Positions 37,834-48,799 of a stretch of DNA of 64,000 bases are shown here, in pieces (the first letter of the stretch is position 1; every line of letters starts with the position of its first letter). A model generated the notes under the pieces. The model saw nothing but the letters and a program-made list of their open reading frames with translations. It had not been told where the DNA came from and made no database searches. The stretch covers positions 1-64,000 of the forward strand of contig JAAPAO010000126.1 of assembly GCA_013115145.1 (NCBI GenBank), read 5' to 3'. The translations under genes and the position numbers were made by a program. This stretch comes from Perkinsus chesapeaki ATCC PRA-425. Its lineage: Eukaryota > Protista > Perkinsozoa.

Positions 37834-39408
37834 TCATGTGTCTGATGACGATGTTGTAGGCGTGTCGTGCTCTAGTAGGGGCGGCTTTGGTGTCGCATTA
37901 GATGATACGTCAGTCCGCTTGGTGTAGGTTATATACAGATAGGCCAATACACAAACAACAGGTGCCAAGAATACCCAACCATAGGGCTCTGGTACCTTAA
38001 TTTGGTCTTGAGTAGTTGAACTGAATAATGCAGCTCCACCGCCTAACACCAAAGTAGCATCATAAGCCAAACCAAAGGCAACAATAGCAGCATAAAGGAT
38101 AACCTTTGATAGCTTATTGCGTGATGTATTGATTGCATACAAACGATAAGCTACATTAGCAATAAGTGGGGTTCTACAACCAAGCATTGTGGTTAATATA
38201 ACCATATCTCTTACAGGTATCCACCACTGCTTAACAGGATTTAGCCCATTATATGACAGTAGAAATGCCAATCTTGGTAGACCATAGGCTATAAAGGGAG
38301 CTACCACAATGTAGACACCTCGTCTACTTAGAGTCCATATAGGCATCTGTGTTGCGGCTATCTCATCCCAATGTGCTCGAAGATTCTCCTCGAACTCAGC
38401 TTCTGAGCCATACCATTGGGATATACTCTCCCTAATAAACGCACGGTCTTCCTGTAGAGTACACTGGGCGCTCGCCACAGTAAAGTTGGTGATCTGAGCT
38501 TGTAAGTTAGCCTTTGCCGGGATAAATATGAAGCAAACAATGGTACTTATAATAATAGTGACAGCGGCCTCGAGAACTAAATACAGAATAAGGGGAGTAA
38601 ACGACTCAACTCGGCCGGCTACCACTGATAGATCGATCGACATCATTATGATCAAGATAGTCACTTCGCATGCTGCCACTAGTATACAGAATTTAGTCTG
38701 CATATTAGAAATGAAAGTGACTCCCCCTGGCTCATGTGTTCTCAAGAACCCTGCCAGTTCGAAGACACACCACAGTCTTGAAAAGTAGTCAGTCGACCAG
38801 AGTATGACAAGACCTTCGGAGCGGCTCAAGAAAGAGCTAATATGATGGATGCCGATATACTTCAGTTCTAAGTCATCTTGGGAGATACAACACTTGTCCA
38901 GAAACACTAGTTGATCTTTATGAAACAGCCTCATAGCAAGATAGCCAAGAGTAACACCTGCCGCCAAGGCAACAAGGCCGGACATCTCGACTATATAGGA
39001 GGCTATCTCACGGTCCTCTGGTAAGAAATATATCATAATCGATAACGATATTGATATTGTTAGCATGACTATATACCCTATATGAATATAATAGGCAGTT
39101 ATCAGTGAGAGATGCTTCCAGAAGGCATTGGCGCCCCAAGAATGACTTATGAACAAATCCAATAGTTCCACAGGCTCGGATAGATTATACGTAGAATTAG
39201 TGCCTTTAGAACCCCAAAATATTGACCAACGTGCTGCAATATCAGATAATGATACCCCACGTAGGGCACTGTCTCGACGTTGTATTTGGTAATGGTTGAT
39301 GATGTCACCGCCGCTCTCCGCCTTACCAGGATGATGTGGGATCTGTTGTAGTGTCTCCGAATCCATGTATTGGATCGGTTCCAGGTCCGTAAGCCCTAGG
39401 CCACCCAT
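37834..39408 (-). CDS. Multi-pass membrane protein with a TIR-like domain, intronless, 524 aa
   Basis: DLFISHSW, VFLDKCCISQ and LVILWSTDYFSRLWCVFEL correspond to TIR betaA, betaB and betaC-alphaC. Several hydrophobic helices lie inside and after the domain. Confidence 0.75.
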   Translation of the reverse strand: MGGLGLTDLEPIQYMDSETLQQIPHHPGKAESGGDIINHYQIQRRDSALRGVSLSDIAARWSIFWGSKGTNSTYNLSEPVELLDLFISHSWGANAFWKHLSLITAYYIHIGYIVMLTISISLSIMIYFLPEDREIASYIVEMSGLVALAAGVTLGYLAMRLFHKDQLVFLDKCCISQDDLELKYIGIHHISSFLSRSEGLVILWSTDYFSRLWCVFELAGFLRTHEPGGVTFISNMQTKFCILVAACEVTILIIMMSIDLSVVAGRVESFTPLILYLVLEAAVTIIISTIVCFIFIPAKANLQAQITNFTVASAQCTLQEDRAFIRESISQWYGSEAEFEENLRAHWDEIAATQMPIWTLSRRGVYIVVAPFIAYGLPRLAFLLSYNGLNPVKQWWIPVRDMVILTTMLGCRTPLIANVAYRLYAINTSRNKLSKVILYAAIVAFGLAYDATLVLGGGAALFSSTTQDQIKVPEPYGWVFLAPVVCVLAYLYITYTKRTDVSSNATPKPPLLEHDTPTTSSSDT

Positions 39409-39987
39409 AGAAGGACGGGATTAGTAGATATAACACAATTAAAAGAGTAACACAACGTAGCGGAACTGATACAAAAACCGATAAAACAAATGAGCCAAGA
39501 AATTGGAGAGATTATAGCATTTTAGAACACATCATTTTTCTCAAGACGAAATACTGTGAATGGATAATGACAGGATTAATAATATACCTAGAACACAAGG
39601 CTTCAAGAACCGTGTAGTAATATTCATATTGACAATGTAAATGAGGCAATATAATAATAAGAATTGACAGAAAAATGGTATAACGATTGTTACGCATATT
39701 AACCTTACACTAAGCTAAAGCTAGCGACAGCCATATACATTGGAAGGCCCGAATTTAACTACACCTTGGGACCGCATATCATTATTGGGATGAGTGCGTA
39801 ATAAAGATGACATATATACACCTATCTGACGGATGCCAAAGCGAGTCCTATGTCCCCCACCGATGAAGCAGGACCGTTCACCTTGGAAATATATCGATTA
39901 CTTGGGCGAGCGCTAATTTCTTGAAAGTTAGGCCTCATGTTCATCTTGGCCTCGAACAGGGCGGATTTGAGTTAGATTGTTTAGTGA

Positions 39988-42900
39988 ATGGTCACCGAAG
40001 TGGCCCATGCTCCCATCGATGATGTGACAAGAAGATTAAGCGGTGAAAATGGGCTTCCGGAGAAAGAGTTAATACAAATGTAGTAGTGGGGAGACAGGAT
40101 ATTGGGGAGGTTATGGGTTAGGAGTCCGCATACCATATCATCCGAGTTGAACCTGGATGAATCTAAATCTGACAATTACTCTGAAACGGACAAGCTTGGC
40201 GCTGGTAGGGTGTATTGGTATATGACAGTAATGTTATTCCTCCTATAGGGATAGTATGTGTTGAGTCATTAGCAGCTACCTTCCGTATAATGGAGAGAAG
40301 GAGGTTATTAAGGGTAGTATGAGGGGATACTACCTGCACGGTAGACTGCATATAGTCGAACTCTTCAAGCTGGCTTGAAAATGCCCCCAGTTAAAATATA
40401 GTTCCGCGTGGGGAATGTGTGAATACCAAATACCAGCTATAGTCTCCTAGGGGCAGTTTAATAAGCACCACGCATCTTTACACTAACACTTTGTATAAAA
40501 CGTATAATCTAGGCAGCAAAGCTCCGCACAGAAGTACGAAAATCTCGAGGAGGCCTTTATGTTGGTATCATGCGCGCCGCATATTCTGAGCCAGAGAACT
40601 TTTATGCGTCTCGGGTCTATAATTTCTCTCCAACGCATGTGGCTGCTCTAGAAAGTGCTCTTCAAGTCTGATCCTTCCATTGCGTAGGTTCTTCACCGTC
40701 CGATCCGCGCTAGATCTGTTAGCCAGGGTATCCTACAGGCTGTATTAATATTCTGTCTCTTCATTGTGTTATGTCAGCAGTTAGGCCTCAACATAAGCTC
40801 CTCGGGGGTTACAAATGTAATACCAGCCTTCCCATTAAGGGTTCCTTATGCTTACTTAGCGTTGGGCTGTCCCCCTATGGGCACCTGTTGTGGTGACATG
40901 TCTGGTAGTAGTAGCAGCTTTGATGAGTGTAACACAATCTCAGCAGTTTGTTATACCTACCTTAATGCTTACTACACTGTAATAACCCTCCTATTAGCCT
41001 TACCATAATAGATCCAGGTACCTGGGCATGATGTGGTTGGCTTGGGTTTACGATCCTGACTCTGACAGGACACTCTTCTTCCTGCTCAGACCTACTAAGG
41101 TAGTCTCCTCTCGCCGCCTCCAGGCTGTCATTTTGCCATCCAGAGCGAAAGGCTTGTTCTAATACTAGTGATGTGCATTGAGCTGGGCCTGTTCCTGGCG
41201 TATTGTCTGCTCCATTGGCTATACCCTTTGTTGATTGATAGTATATCCGAGACATGGCTAGCGAAACACTGGTAGTAGCACTGCAGGTGGTGTTGGGACG
41301 AAATATGTCTTCGATTAGGTTTAGACTGCAGTATGAGGGTGATGGATGGTTCAGATACGTCCCTTATGGTATCTTTACACCACGTACCTGGAGGAGATGT
41401 CGGTATACTGGCTCAACTGATAGGGAGGTAGTACAGGGTAATAGAGGATATGTACAAAGGGGAATGATGATAACTGTGCTACTCGGTTTCCTGGGACCAG
41501 TCTGGTTGGTTAGCTTTTCTCTGTTGAAAACTATGTTTTTTGGCCGAAAAATAGAGTAGAATACCTTTCTCAATATCATCATGGACTTCTTTCAAGCGGG
41601 GAGATGAAACCAAATAATAAATTACTCAAATTGTAGCTATTGTCGGAGATAGGCTTGATTCGTGGACAAGGCGATGAGTGGGAGATAGGCTTGATTAGTG
41701 GACAAGGCGATGAGTGGGAGATAGGCTTGATTAGGGTCGCCCCCACGGCACCGGCGAGTGGCGTGATGACTCCTTCCACGGTGAGTGTTTGATGGGGAGG
41801 TTTTGCCATGGTGAGCCTGTGGGTCCATTCCGTGCCCGTGAGTTCGGCTCTGGATCACTATCAGTTCAAACATTTATAATGTAATATAAGGGTAGAGGAG
41901 GATAAGGTAGTCTTACTAAGTGTAGGTATGCTACTAGTAGGGCGGAGGAGGATATACGGGAGACACATTTCACACCTAGCCGGTCGATAGATGGTATGAG
42001 GTTTGGTGTAGTTGGAGTAGAGTGTTGCTCTGGTGGGGACTTCTATGCCCATCTACCGCAGGTAGTAACGTCTGGAAGTGATCCTTGGGGTGCATTTAAC
42101 TACCGTTATTGAGCGACAATAGTGAGAAGCGGGTTACCTTTCGTTGGGAACTGTTTGGGGTTGTTTTGGTGATGTACCGAGTCAGCACTACTGAGGAGCT
42201 ACTTCGGGGAATGCTAGGAAATACATCAAAGTCTCTCTGCTTCCTCGTGTCAGCCGTGGCACTTCGGCCATGGCTTTAGAAGACAATACACAATTTAGAG
42301 ATCTATGAATTATTAAATGTTGCTTATTTTCTATTCAATAAGTTTATTATTATTAGTAACTTCATTATTAATGCATTACTATGCATCTGCCTGTAAAGTA
42401 TCAATTCGGTATGAGGGAAACATATAACATCATTTCCCGGACTGCTTGTTGCCTTACCCCACCATGCGCTGTGATGTACATGGTGTTTAGGTTACTGATA
42501 GAGTAGGAGAGGAGACTAGAGATGTCTGCACGGCATTACGGACACTTAAGAGGAGCTTGACCAGTACAGATTCCGAAACCACCACCTTCAGTAGGTCTGA
42601 ATCATTACTAACGTTACTATAATTATAGGTGCATCATCACCGTCCCGTGGAGGGGGTAATACCCTTACGAGCCGTCTTGAGGATGAAGATAGGCGTGTCA
42701 CCGCCCATCTCTGGCCTAATCGGGGTTTAGAGATCCATGGTGGTTACGAGTGCAATGCCCGAGTTAAAGTGGTGGGCCGCTCCGTTTTCTTATTGGAGCC
42801 GATACCTATGACCACACCGTCCAGTGAGGCGTTGGTCTTTTTGCATGGCTACAATTGTCCGACCGAGTATGCCCTATTGCGGCTAGGACAGATGCTGGCT

Positions 42901-43596
42901 TTGGGTAGCTTTCCCGCTCATATCCATCCCTTTGTGTTTTCCCAAGCCACTGGGCAGACCTTCTCCTATATAAAGGCAAAGGAGTGTATTGGCCAGTTCG
43001 CTGGGGACCTTTTGGATTTCCTATTGGACCTTCGAAGGCGAGGTTATCATCACGTCCACTGTCTGGTGCACAGTATGGCAGCACACCTGTTCTTCATGAT
43101 GCTGGAGGAGTATGAGAATCGTCGCTTGCTCGACCCGGAGTCCACCGAGATACTAAAGTTGGCCAACGTAGTCCTTATTAATGCAGATTTCCCCCTTACT
43201 AGTTTTGAAGAAGTGCATGTCCCTCGGGTATTGGAGGTAGCAGACAGACTTACGATGTACTGTGATGACCGAGACTTCGCTCTGCTGTGCTCGGAGGTGT
43301 GCCTGCGCGATAAAGTTGTCGGGCGGAAGATTTGGCCGGTTTGCGCCCGGCCCAGCGGGTCTCTTCCGTACGGTAGGAGCCGGATAGACGTTATGGACTG
43401 CCGGCACATGCAGCAGAACGTTCACTCTATTCGGCACAATTATTTCAATTTAAACGTACAAATTGTCAGTGATATAGCGGAGCTGGTGACAGACCATTGT
43501 GGGGCGGATCAACGGTTGACGAGAACGGTGCGGCAGGTGGCTGGGGAGAATGTCTTCAGTTTCCTCTGTCCGCCAAAGTATGTTAAAAATGAGTAG
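39988..43596 (+). CDS. Membrane-anchored alpha/beta-hydrolase (DUF900-like C-terminal domain), multi-exon; start tentative
   Basis: In-frame + strand exons from MVTEVAHAPIDD..., hydrophobic segments (ILQAVLIFCLFIVL, MMITVLLGFLGPVWLVSFSLL) and a large last exon with LVFLHGYN, HCLVHSMAAH and VLINAD. Confidence 0.7.
41645..41734 (+). repeat. 36-bp tandem repeat, about 2.5 copies, probably coding EIGLI(R/S)GQGDEW
   Basis: GGAGATAGGCTTGATT(C/A)GTGGACAAGGCGATGAGTG at 41645 and 41681, with a partial copy at 41717. Confidence 0.9.
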
Positions 43597-43748
43597 CCAA
43601 GAAATTAGAGATTTTAAGTATTGTAAGTATTCTGATACTGTAAGCTCTCGTTGCCGATCATCGGCATGTATACTGTCATCGTTGCTTTATTTTCAAGGCT
43701 CTTTCAGGGAAGTTGAGTTGCTCGTTTCTGGAGGTCTCGGTTCTCAGT

Positions 43749-44605
43749 ATGCTTTGGAGTGGCTTCTTGCGAGAGGTCGCTGATGATGTCCGTGGCTTTG
43801 CCAGCCAGCTTCATCGAGATGTCTGCGGTGATCTAGACTACTATGGTGAAACGCCAAGTACTGATGACGCCTCAACCGACTCGGAAAGCCTAGAAGGGGA
43901 CTGCATTTGGGAGGGGATGTAGTATAAAGTAGAGGCATAGGGAAGGGTAATTTTGCCTTCTGGATAGGCCGTTCGGTGCTATCAATACAGTTGACGTATT
44001 GACGTGTCGATCAGAGGCTAAGTCAGGCTGTGTCCCCAAATGGAGGTACATGCAGCATAATGAAGAAGAGGAATTGACCGATTCGGAAGGGAGCAGCAGG
44101 TGGCGGCGGGGGCAAGCTTGTCCCAATTGTGTGCTCGTATCTTTTGTTAACAGGTCTACCTCTTTCGCGTCGTCCTGTAGAGCTGAAGCTACTGTGCAGA
44201 CCGACGCTGGGTACGTGGAGGAGCTTGAGGAGACAGTAGCCGCCTTGGAAGTATCAGTTAGCTGGGCGGTTAGAGTAGGATAGTGAGCCTCAGGCGCAGA
44301 TAGACGAACTAAGAAGGATGCTCGGCGCCGGTAGTAACCAGGATGTGTTGCTAGGCGGCAGTGAGCAGCAGCCTCCTATACCCCTACTACCGATGTCCAA
44401 CTCAATAAATGCCAATAGGGACGACCACCGCCATGATTCGCCTCGATCAAGTGTAATATGGCAGAGGGAGGCTTGTAGGAGATATACGCAAGGCCAATAC
44501 GGTGGGATTATAGTAGGGTAAATTCACAGTGCGGGTAGTAGAAGTGATGGCTGTTGGGGGAAAGGAGAGAATATCTTTGGCGCTCTCAGTAAAATGGAAT
44601 CTTAG
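43749..44605 (+). CDS. Hypothetical multi-exon protein with a short coiled coil
   Basis: MLWSGFLREVADDVRGFASQLHRDVCG..., YVEELEETVAALE|...ELRRMLG, with GT-AG junctions. Confidence 0.5.
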
Positions 44606-44922
44606 ACACCATTCAAGGTCTGAAGTGCGGTGTAAACTTATTAAGAATGAAACTCTAATGATGATTAGGTTTATGTAGGTACTGGGGAGCGGTAGCATAC
44701 CAACAACCGAGAGCTTCATAATATACTCCTCAGAGGACTTAGAGGGTTACTCCGACTTCGAGGACAACTCCTGACAAGTTCATTTTGACAAGTGGAAATA
44801 TCGGCATCTTTATTGGTGATTATTAACTCATATCAACTAGTGATTTAACCTCGCTTACCCGCTGAGCTTTGGGTTCTCGAGGAGTAGATGTCGACCTGTT
44901 AGCAGCTTGGCTTAGCTTTATT

Positions 44923-46548
44923 ATGACTGTCCCTCCACAGAAACTATCAACGCCAGAACCGACTAAGGTTATTAGTAGACAGGCACTCCGGAGCAAGTAC
45001 AGGGAGATCAAGGCTTCAATCGATCAGACGATCGATTTGATACCGGCTCATCAGTATCTTCAAACAGTGACCTTCGGGGACTCTCCCCTGACTGTCCAGG
45101 AGGCAGGCTACCACAATAGGCAGCTGGACCCTCGAGGGGTTAAAGGCACGTCCAAGGTGCTAGAGGAGGTGCTGAGTAAACGGAAAGCGGAACAGAGCAA
45201 AAGCGCGTCTAAGAAGAACCCCGCGGCGGCGAAAAAGAAGAAGGCTAGTAATAATGGAGAGTGCCTCTGGTGGGTATGGCGGCAATGTGCTCAGAGGCGT
45301 CCCGTCCGGTGTCTGGAGCTGAGCTTCGGGAGAAGCTGCATGCTAAGATAGAAGCAATGAGGTGAGGGAAAGGGTATGCAGTGGGGGAATTGGAGACATT
45401 TTAGGGAAGCTAGAGAGACCCAGAAAGAATGGAAAAAAGCTGCTAAGGAGAACGAGGAGGTAGTAATAAGGAGGAAGGGCTAGGAGAATGTTTGCCGTCA
45501 TGTTGCTCCGAGAGGTCAGGGGCCGATTCACGGTGTGATTTAGCCTACTTGACGGACGTGTTTGGACTCACTTTGTGTCCAAACTCGAACTTGACTCAAT
45601 TCTCCACACTTTGAAGAGTTACCCTTTCGGATTATAAGGATCGTCTACCAGAAATGTTTGAATGGTTTAAGTAGCACTATACTGTATAGTGATAACTGTA
45701 CAACACCGATGCCTCAACAGCAGTGCGAATGCTAGCTGTTGTTATCTATCCGAAATAGGACAGAATACGATGAATGATTGTATTTGATCAGAACGCAGTA
45801 GATGCCGGTGAGGCAAAGAGGCTCCGAAGGGCCAAGGAGAAGGCAGCAGCAGCTGAGAGAAGAAAGAAGGGGAAGAATGGTGGTAGAAAGAAGGGGGAAA
45901 TGAAGGCAGCGGTGGCGGCTAAGAGGAAGGAGAGGGAGGCTGCTGCTGCCGCCGATGTAGAGGAGCAGGCTGCTACTGTCAAGGAGGATCTAGACTTCAG
46001 CTCCTTCAACTTTAAGAAGAGGGCAGCTGATGGTAATCGGAAGGGCGTGGGTTCGATCCTTGGCGATGGCATTCTTAGTGGAAGAGTATAAGGAGAAGAA
46101 GGTGTCTAAGCGACAGAGATTGGATAAGGAGATACAACAGGCCGAGAAGGAACAGCAGCAAATAGCTCAGGCGGCCACCGCTGAGGAGAGGGTTAAACTA
46201 AGCCAAGATAAGGCCATAGAGAGGGTAGGTGTATGGGGGAGGGGGGTTGAACGTACGAGGAAATTTGGTATAGGCAATGAAGAGAGCAGCGGGAGAAAAG
46301 GTCCATGATGATGTACATAAACTGAGGAAGGCACAAAAGACTATTGATAAAAAGAAGAACAAGTCTAGGGAGGAATGGTAGGAATATTAAATAGTAGATG
46401 GAATGAAGTATTGGTGTGTAGGGCTGCCCGCACTAGGGAAGTTAAGGATAAGCAAGCAGCTGAACAGGCTAAGCGAAAGGAAAACATACAGAAATACCGA
46501 GGAAAGAACGCACGGAAGTCTCTGGCGGAGAAGTCTAATGAAGCTTGA
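44923..46548 (+). CDS. SURF6: SURF6/Rrp14 nucleolar ribosome-biogenesis protein
   Basis: Lys-rich; DLDFSSFNF and KRAAGEKVHDDVHKLRKAQKTIDKKKNKSREEW...KQAAEQAKRKENI match the SURF6 C-terminal domain. Confidence 0.85.
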
Positions 46549-46769
46549 TACCAACTGATACACATCTCCTATTAACAACAATAGCTGATGCGTTGAGGGG
46601 AGGATGATGGCTCCGTCTATTACTCCGGTCGTTACCACCGTCTTTGAGTCTGATATTGTCAGATCTTCCGCGCGAAATTCCAGAGTTAGGGCCGAGGTCT
46701 ATCGAGACTTCGCGAAATCGATGGGGCATACGGGTGTAGCTAGAGGTGTCAGAATTTTACGTCCTATCA

Positions 46770-47257
46770 ATGTCTGGAGTATTGTTTTGTCCCACCTGCG
46801 GGAATTTACTAGTCTTACAAGCTGGCCATGATACGATGAAGTAAAGCCACTGGTGACGCTGCTACGCTTACGAACGGTCCCGTAGGTACTGGTGTCGGAC
46901 ATGCCCTTATCTCTTTCCTATATCAGAGAAATTAACCCAAAAAGAAATACTCCACAAGGAAGGTACGGGTCGCAGGTTCGATCCCTGGTGAGGGCATTTT
47001 TCTCATTTCAGGTGGCCCTGTAGTGGAGGACGTTCTCGGCGGCCCTGACGCCTGGAAGGATGTCCAGCAAACCGAAGGTAACTCTCCCTGTTATTTTCAG
47101 CTATTATCACTGAGTCTCCTATTTAGCGGTGTGTCCGGCTGATGGATGTGATTCTAATAGAGCATACTTCAAACAGATGCAGATAAGAAGCGCCGATGAA
47201 CCAATGACAACCTTCTATCGATGCGTTAAATGTGGGAACATATGGCGCGGCGACTAA
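46770..47257 (+). CDS. RPC11: RNA polymerase III subunit C11 (RPC11/POLR3K), 4 exons
   Basis: MSGVLFCPTCGNLL...CRTCPY...VEDVLGGPDAWKDV...CPADGC...AYFKQMQIRSADEPMTTFYRCVKC. Introns 46841-46885, 46963-47011 and 47078-47126 are all GT-AG and keep the frame. Confidence 0.97.
46968..47000 (+). repeat. tRNA 3'-end-like/B-box fragment, copy C, inside RPC11 intron 2
   Basis: GGTCGCAGGTTCGATCCCTGGTGAGGGCATTTT followed by a further T: B-box, T-arm, acceptor 3' strand, discriminator A and a T5 run. Confidence 0.75.
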
Positions 47258-47386
47258 CGTTTCTACTACTGTGGCTGTGTTGAGTGGTATCCCAGAGCTA
47301 GTTGAATCTTGCAATCTTGCATTTCCTCAACGATACTGTGATATGTGCCTTTTGCTAGTTAATATTTGTTGTTGTTATTATTTATA

Positions 47387-48076
47387 ATGAGTAGTTATCC
47401 ATTAGAGTTGTCTGCACAGGAGCAGGCCAAGGCCGATGGTGCCATGTGTGGCTCGGAGACCTATCACAAGGTTGTTGATTCAGAAGCATATGCCAAGACC
47501 AAGCAGGCTGCTGGCTATGTCTGGGACAAGACCTGTCAGGGTTATGATTACCTGCTTACTAAGTCTGAAGAAGGCCTTGATCTGGATAGGGACGGCAAGT
47601 CCCAGCTGGGCAGGAGCTGGTCGGTGCTAAGTACAGCTACCGGTATAGTTTGGAGGAATACTCCACGTTATGTGAGGGAAGCTAGAGATATGGTACAGAA
47701 GACATGTGTTAGTAATAGCACTGATAAGGATGCTAATACGGAGCTTACCGGCAGCAGTGAAGCAGCGGAAGAGGCTCAGAAGGTGCCCATTGTGGATGAC
47801 ATCGAGAAGACCGGCAATGTTACTGAGGTTACCGAGGCTCCTGCTAAACCTGTTGGTCTTATTAGGGAGAATGACACCAAGCCGGTGGGGCTTGTACAGG
47901 AAAACAGCAGAGTTGATCCAGTTAAGGCTCATAATAGTGCTAGTGTACCACCAACACTACCGGGTGTCAACAAGAAGGTCGCTGATAACCGGAAGTCCTA
48001 TGGTTCCAGCTCGGTCCCTACCAGTCGAGCTCCACCTACAGCTGCTGCCTACAAGTCCTCAGTGAGGGGACATTAA
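47387..48076 (+). CDS. Hypothetical protein, tandem paralogue 1 (intronless)
   Basis: Shares an approximately 60-aa block (KVVDSEA.A..KQ.AG.VW.K.C.GYDYLLTKSEEGL...SQLGR.W.V.STAT) with 48268-48633. Confidence 0.75.
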   Translation: MSSYPLELSAQEQAKADGAMCGSETYHKVVDSEAYAKTKQAAGYVWDKTCQGYDYLLTKSEEGLDLDRDGKSQLGRSWSVLSTATGIVWRNTPRYVREARDMVQKTCVSNSTDKDANTELTGSSEAAEEAQKVPIVDDIEKTGNVTEVTEAPAKPVGLIRENDTKPVGLVQENSRVDPVKAHNSASVPPTLPGVNKKVADNRKSYGSSSVPTSRAPPTAAAYKSSVRGH

Positions 48077-48267
48077 GCCTTAAGCATTGGTAAGTCTCTT
48101 GGATGAGATTGAACACTTGAAGGCTATTCCGTCTCCTCTTATTTGTGATTTGTATTTTACCAAGGCAATTTACACTTAAATCAGTTTCTTCGTTTACAAC
48201 GGCTGTTGCGTCCCCCCAGTTGCCATCTCACGACGGCTTCGGCAGGTGTTAAAGATTTGTCAAAGTT

Positions 48268-48633
48268 ATGTCAGCTGTTGATCGGTCTATCTGTAATACC
48301 GATTTTCTGGATAAGGTCGTAGATTCGGAGGCCTTTGCGGTATGCAAACAAGTGGCCGGTTGTGTCTGGCAAAAGTCCTGTGAAGGGTACGATTACCTCC
48401 TTACCAAGTCCGAGGAGGGTCTGTCACTCCAACGTGGAGATAGGTCCCAGCTGGGTAGGACCTGGAACGTTACTAGTACAGCGACCTGTGCGGCTTATAA
48501 TGGTACTAAGGATTTCGTCGAGGAGCACTTTACACCGGAACGGAGGGAGAAGGCCTACGCAGCACTAGACTCCGCAGGAAAGGCCGCTGGAGCTGCTGCA
48601 GGGGCTGCTTATAAGTCTTTGAGCAAGGATTAG
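48268..48633 (+). CDS. Hypothetical protein, tandem paralogue 2 (intronless, 121 aa)
   Basis: Same conserved block as 47387-48076; the divergence is at the protein level, consistent with real coding sequence. Confidence 0.75.
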   Translation: MSAVDRSICNTDFLDKVVDSEAFAVCKQVAGCVWQKSCEGYDYLLTKSEEGLSLQRGDRSQLGRTWNVTSTATCAAYNGTKDFVEEHFTPERREKAYAALDSAGKAAGAAAGAAYKSLSKD

Positions 48634-48799
48634 GTGGCCCGTTGACGTTAGGGTAGTAATAGTAATAGAGTCTATAATTTGGCCAGGAAGAGCCGCCTTC
48701 TAATGCTGCTAACTAGGAGTAATTTCTGTACCACAGTTGTGTAGTGTTGTGAGTCTGTAGAGGTCCGTTTCCGGGCGTGGAAGGACTTTGCTGTTTTGA

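Noticed and set aside
40962-41873. Minus-strand ORFs suggesting a separate gene
   Set aside because: Plus-strand exons with typical GT-AG introns join in frame toward the alpha/beta-hydrolase domain, so the minus ORFs are best explained as shadows.
46669-46677. E2F-like TTTCGCGC sites (also about 7956 and 8518)
   Set aside because: Short motif with few instances and inconsistent positions (one appears intronic); not supportable without an enrichment test.
46975-46996. LTR-retrotransposon primer-binding site
   Set aside because: The fragments lack an encoded CCA (no TGG on the complement) and there is no adjacent LTR, gag or pol sequence.
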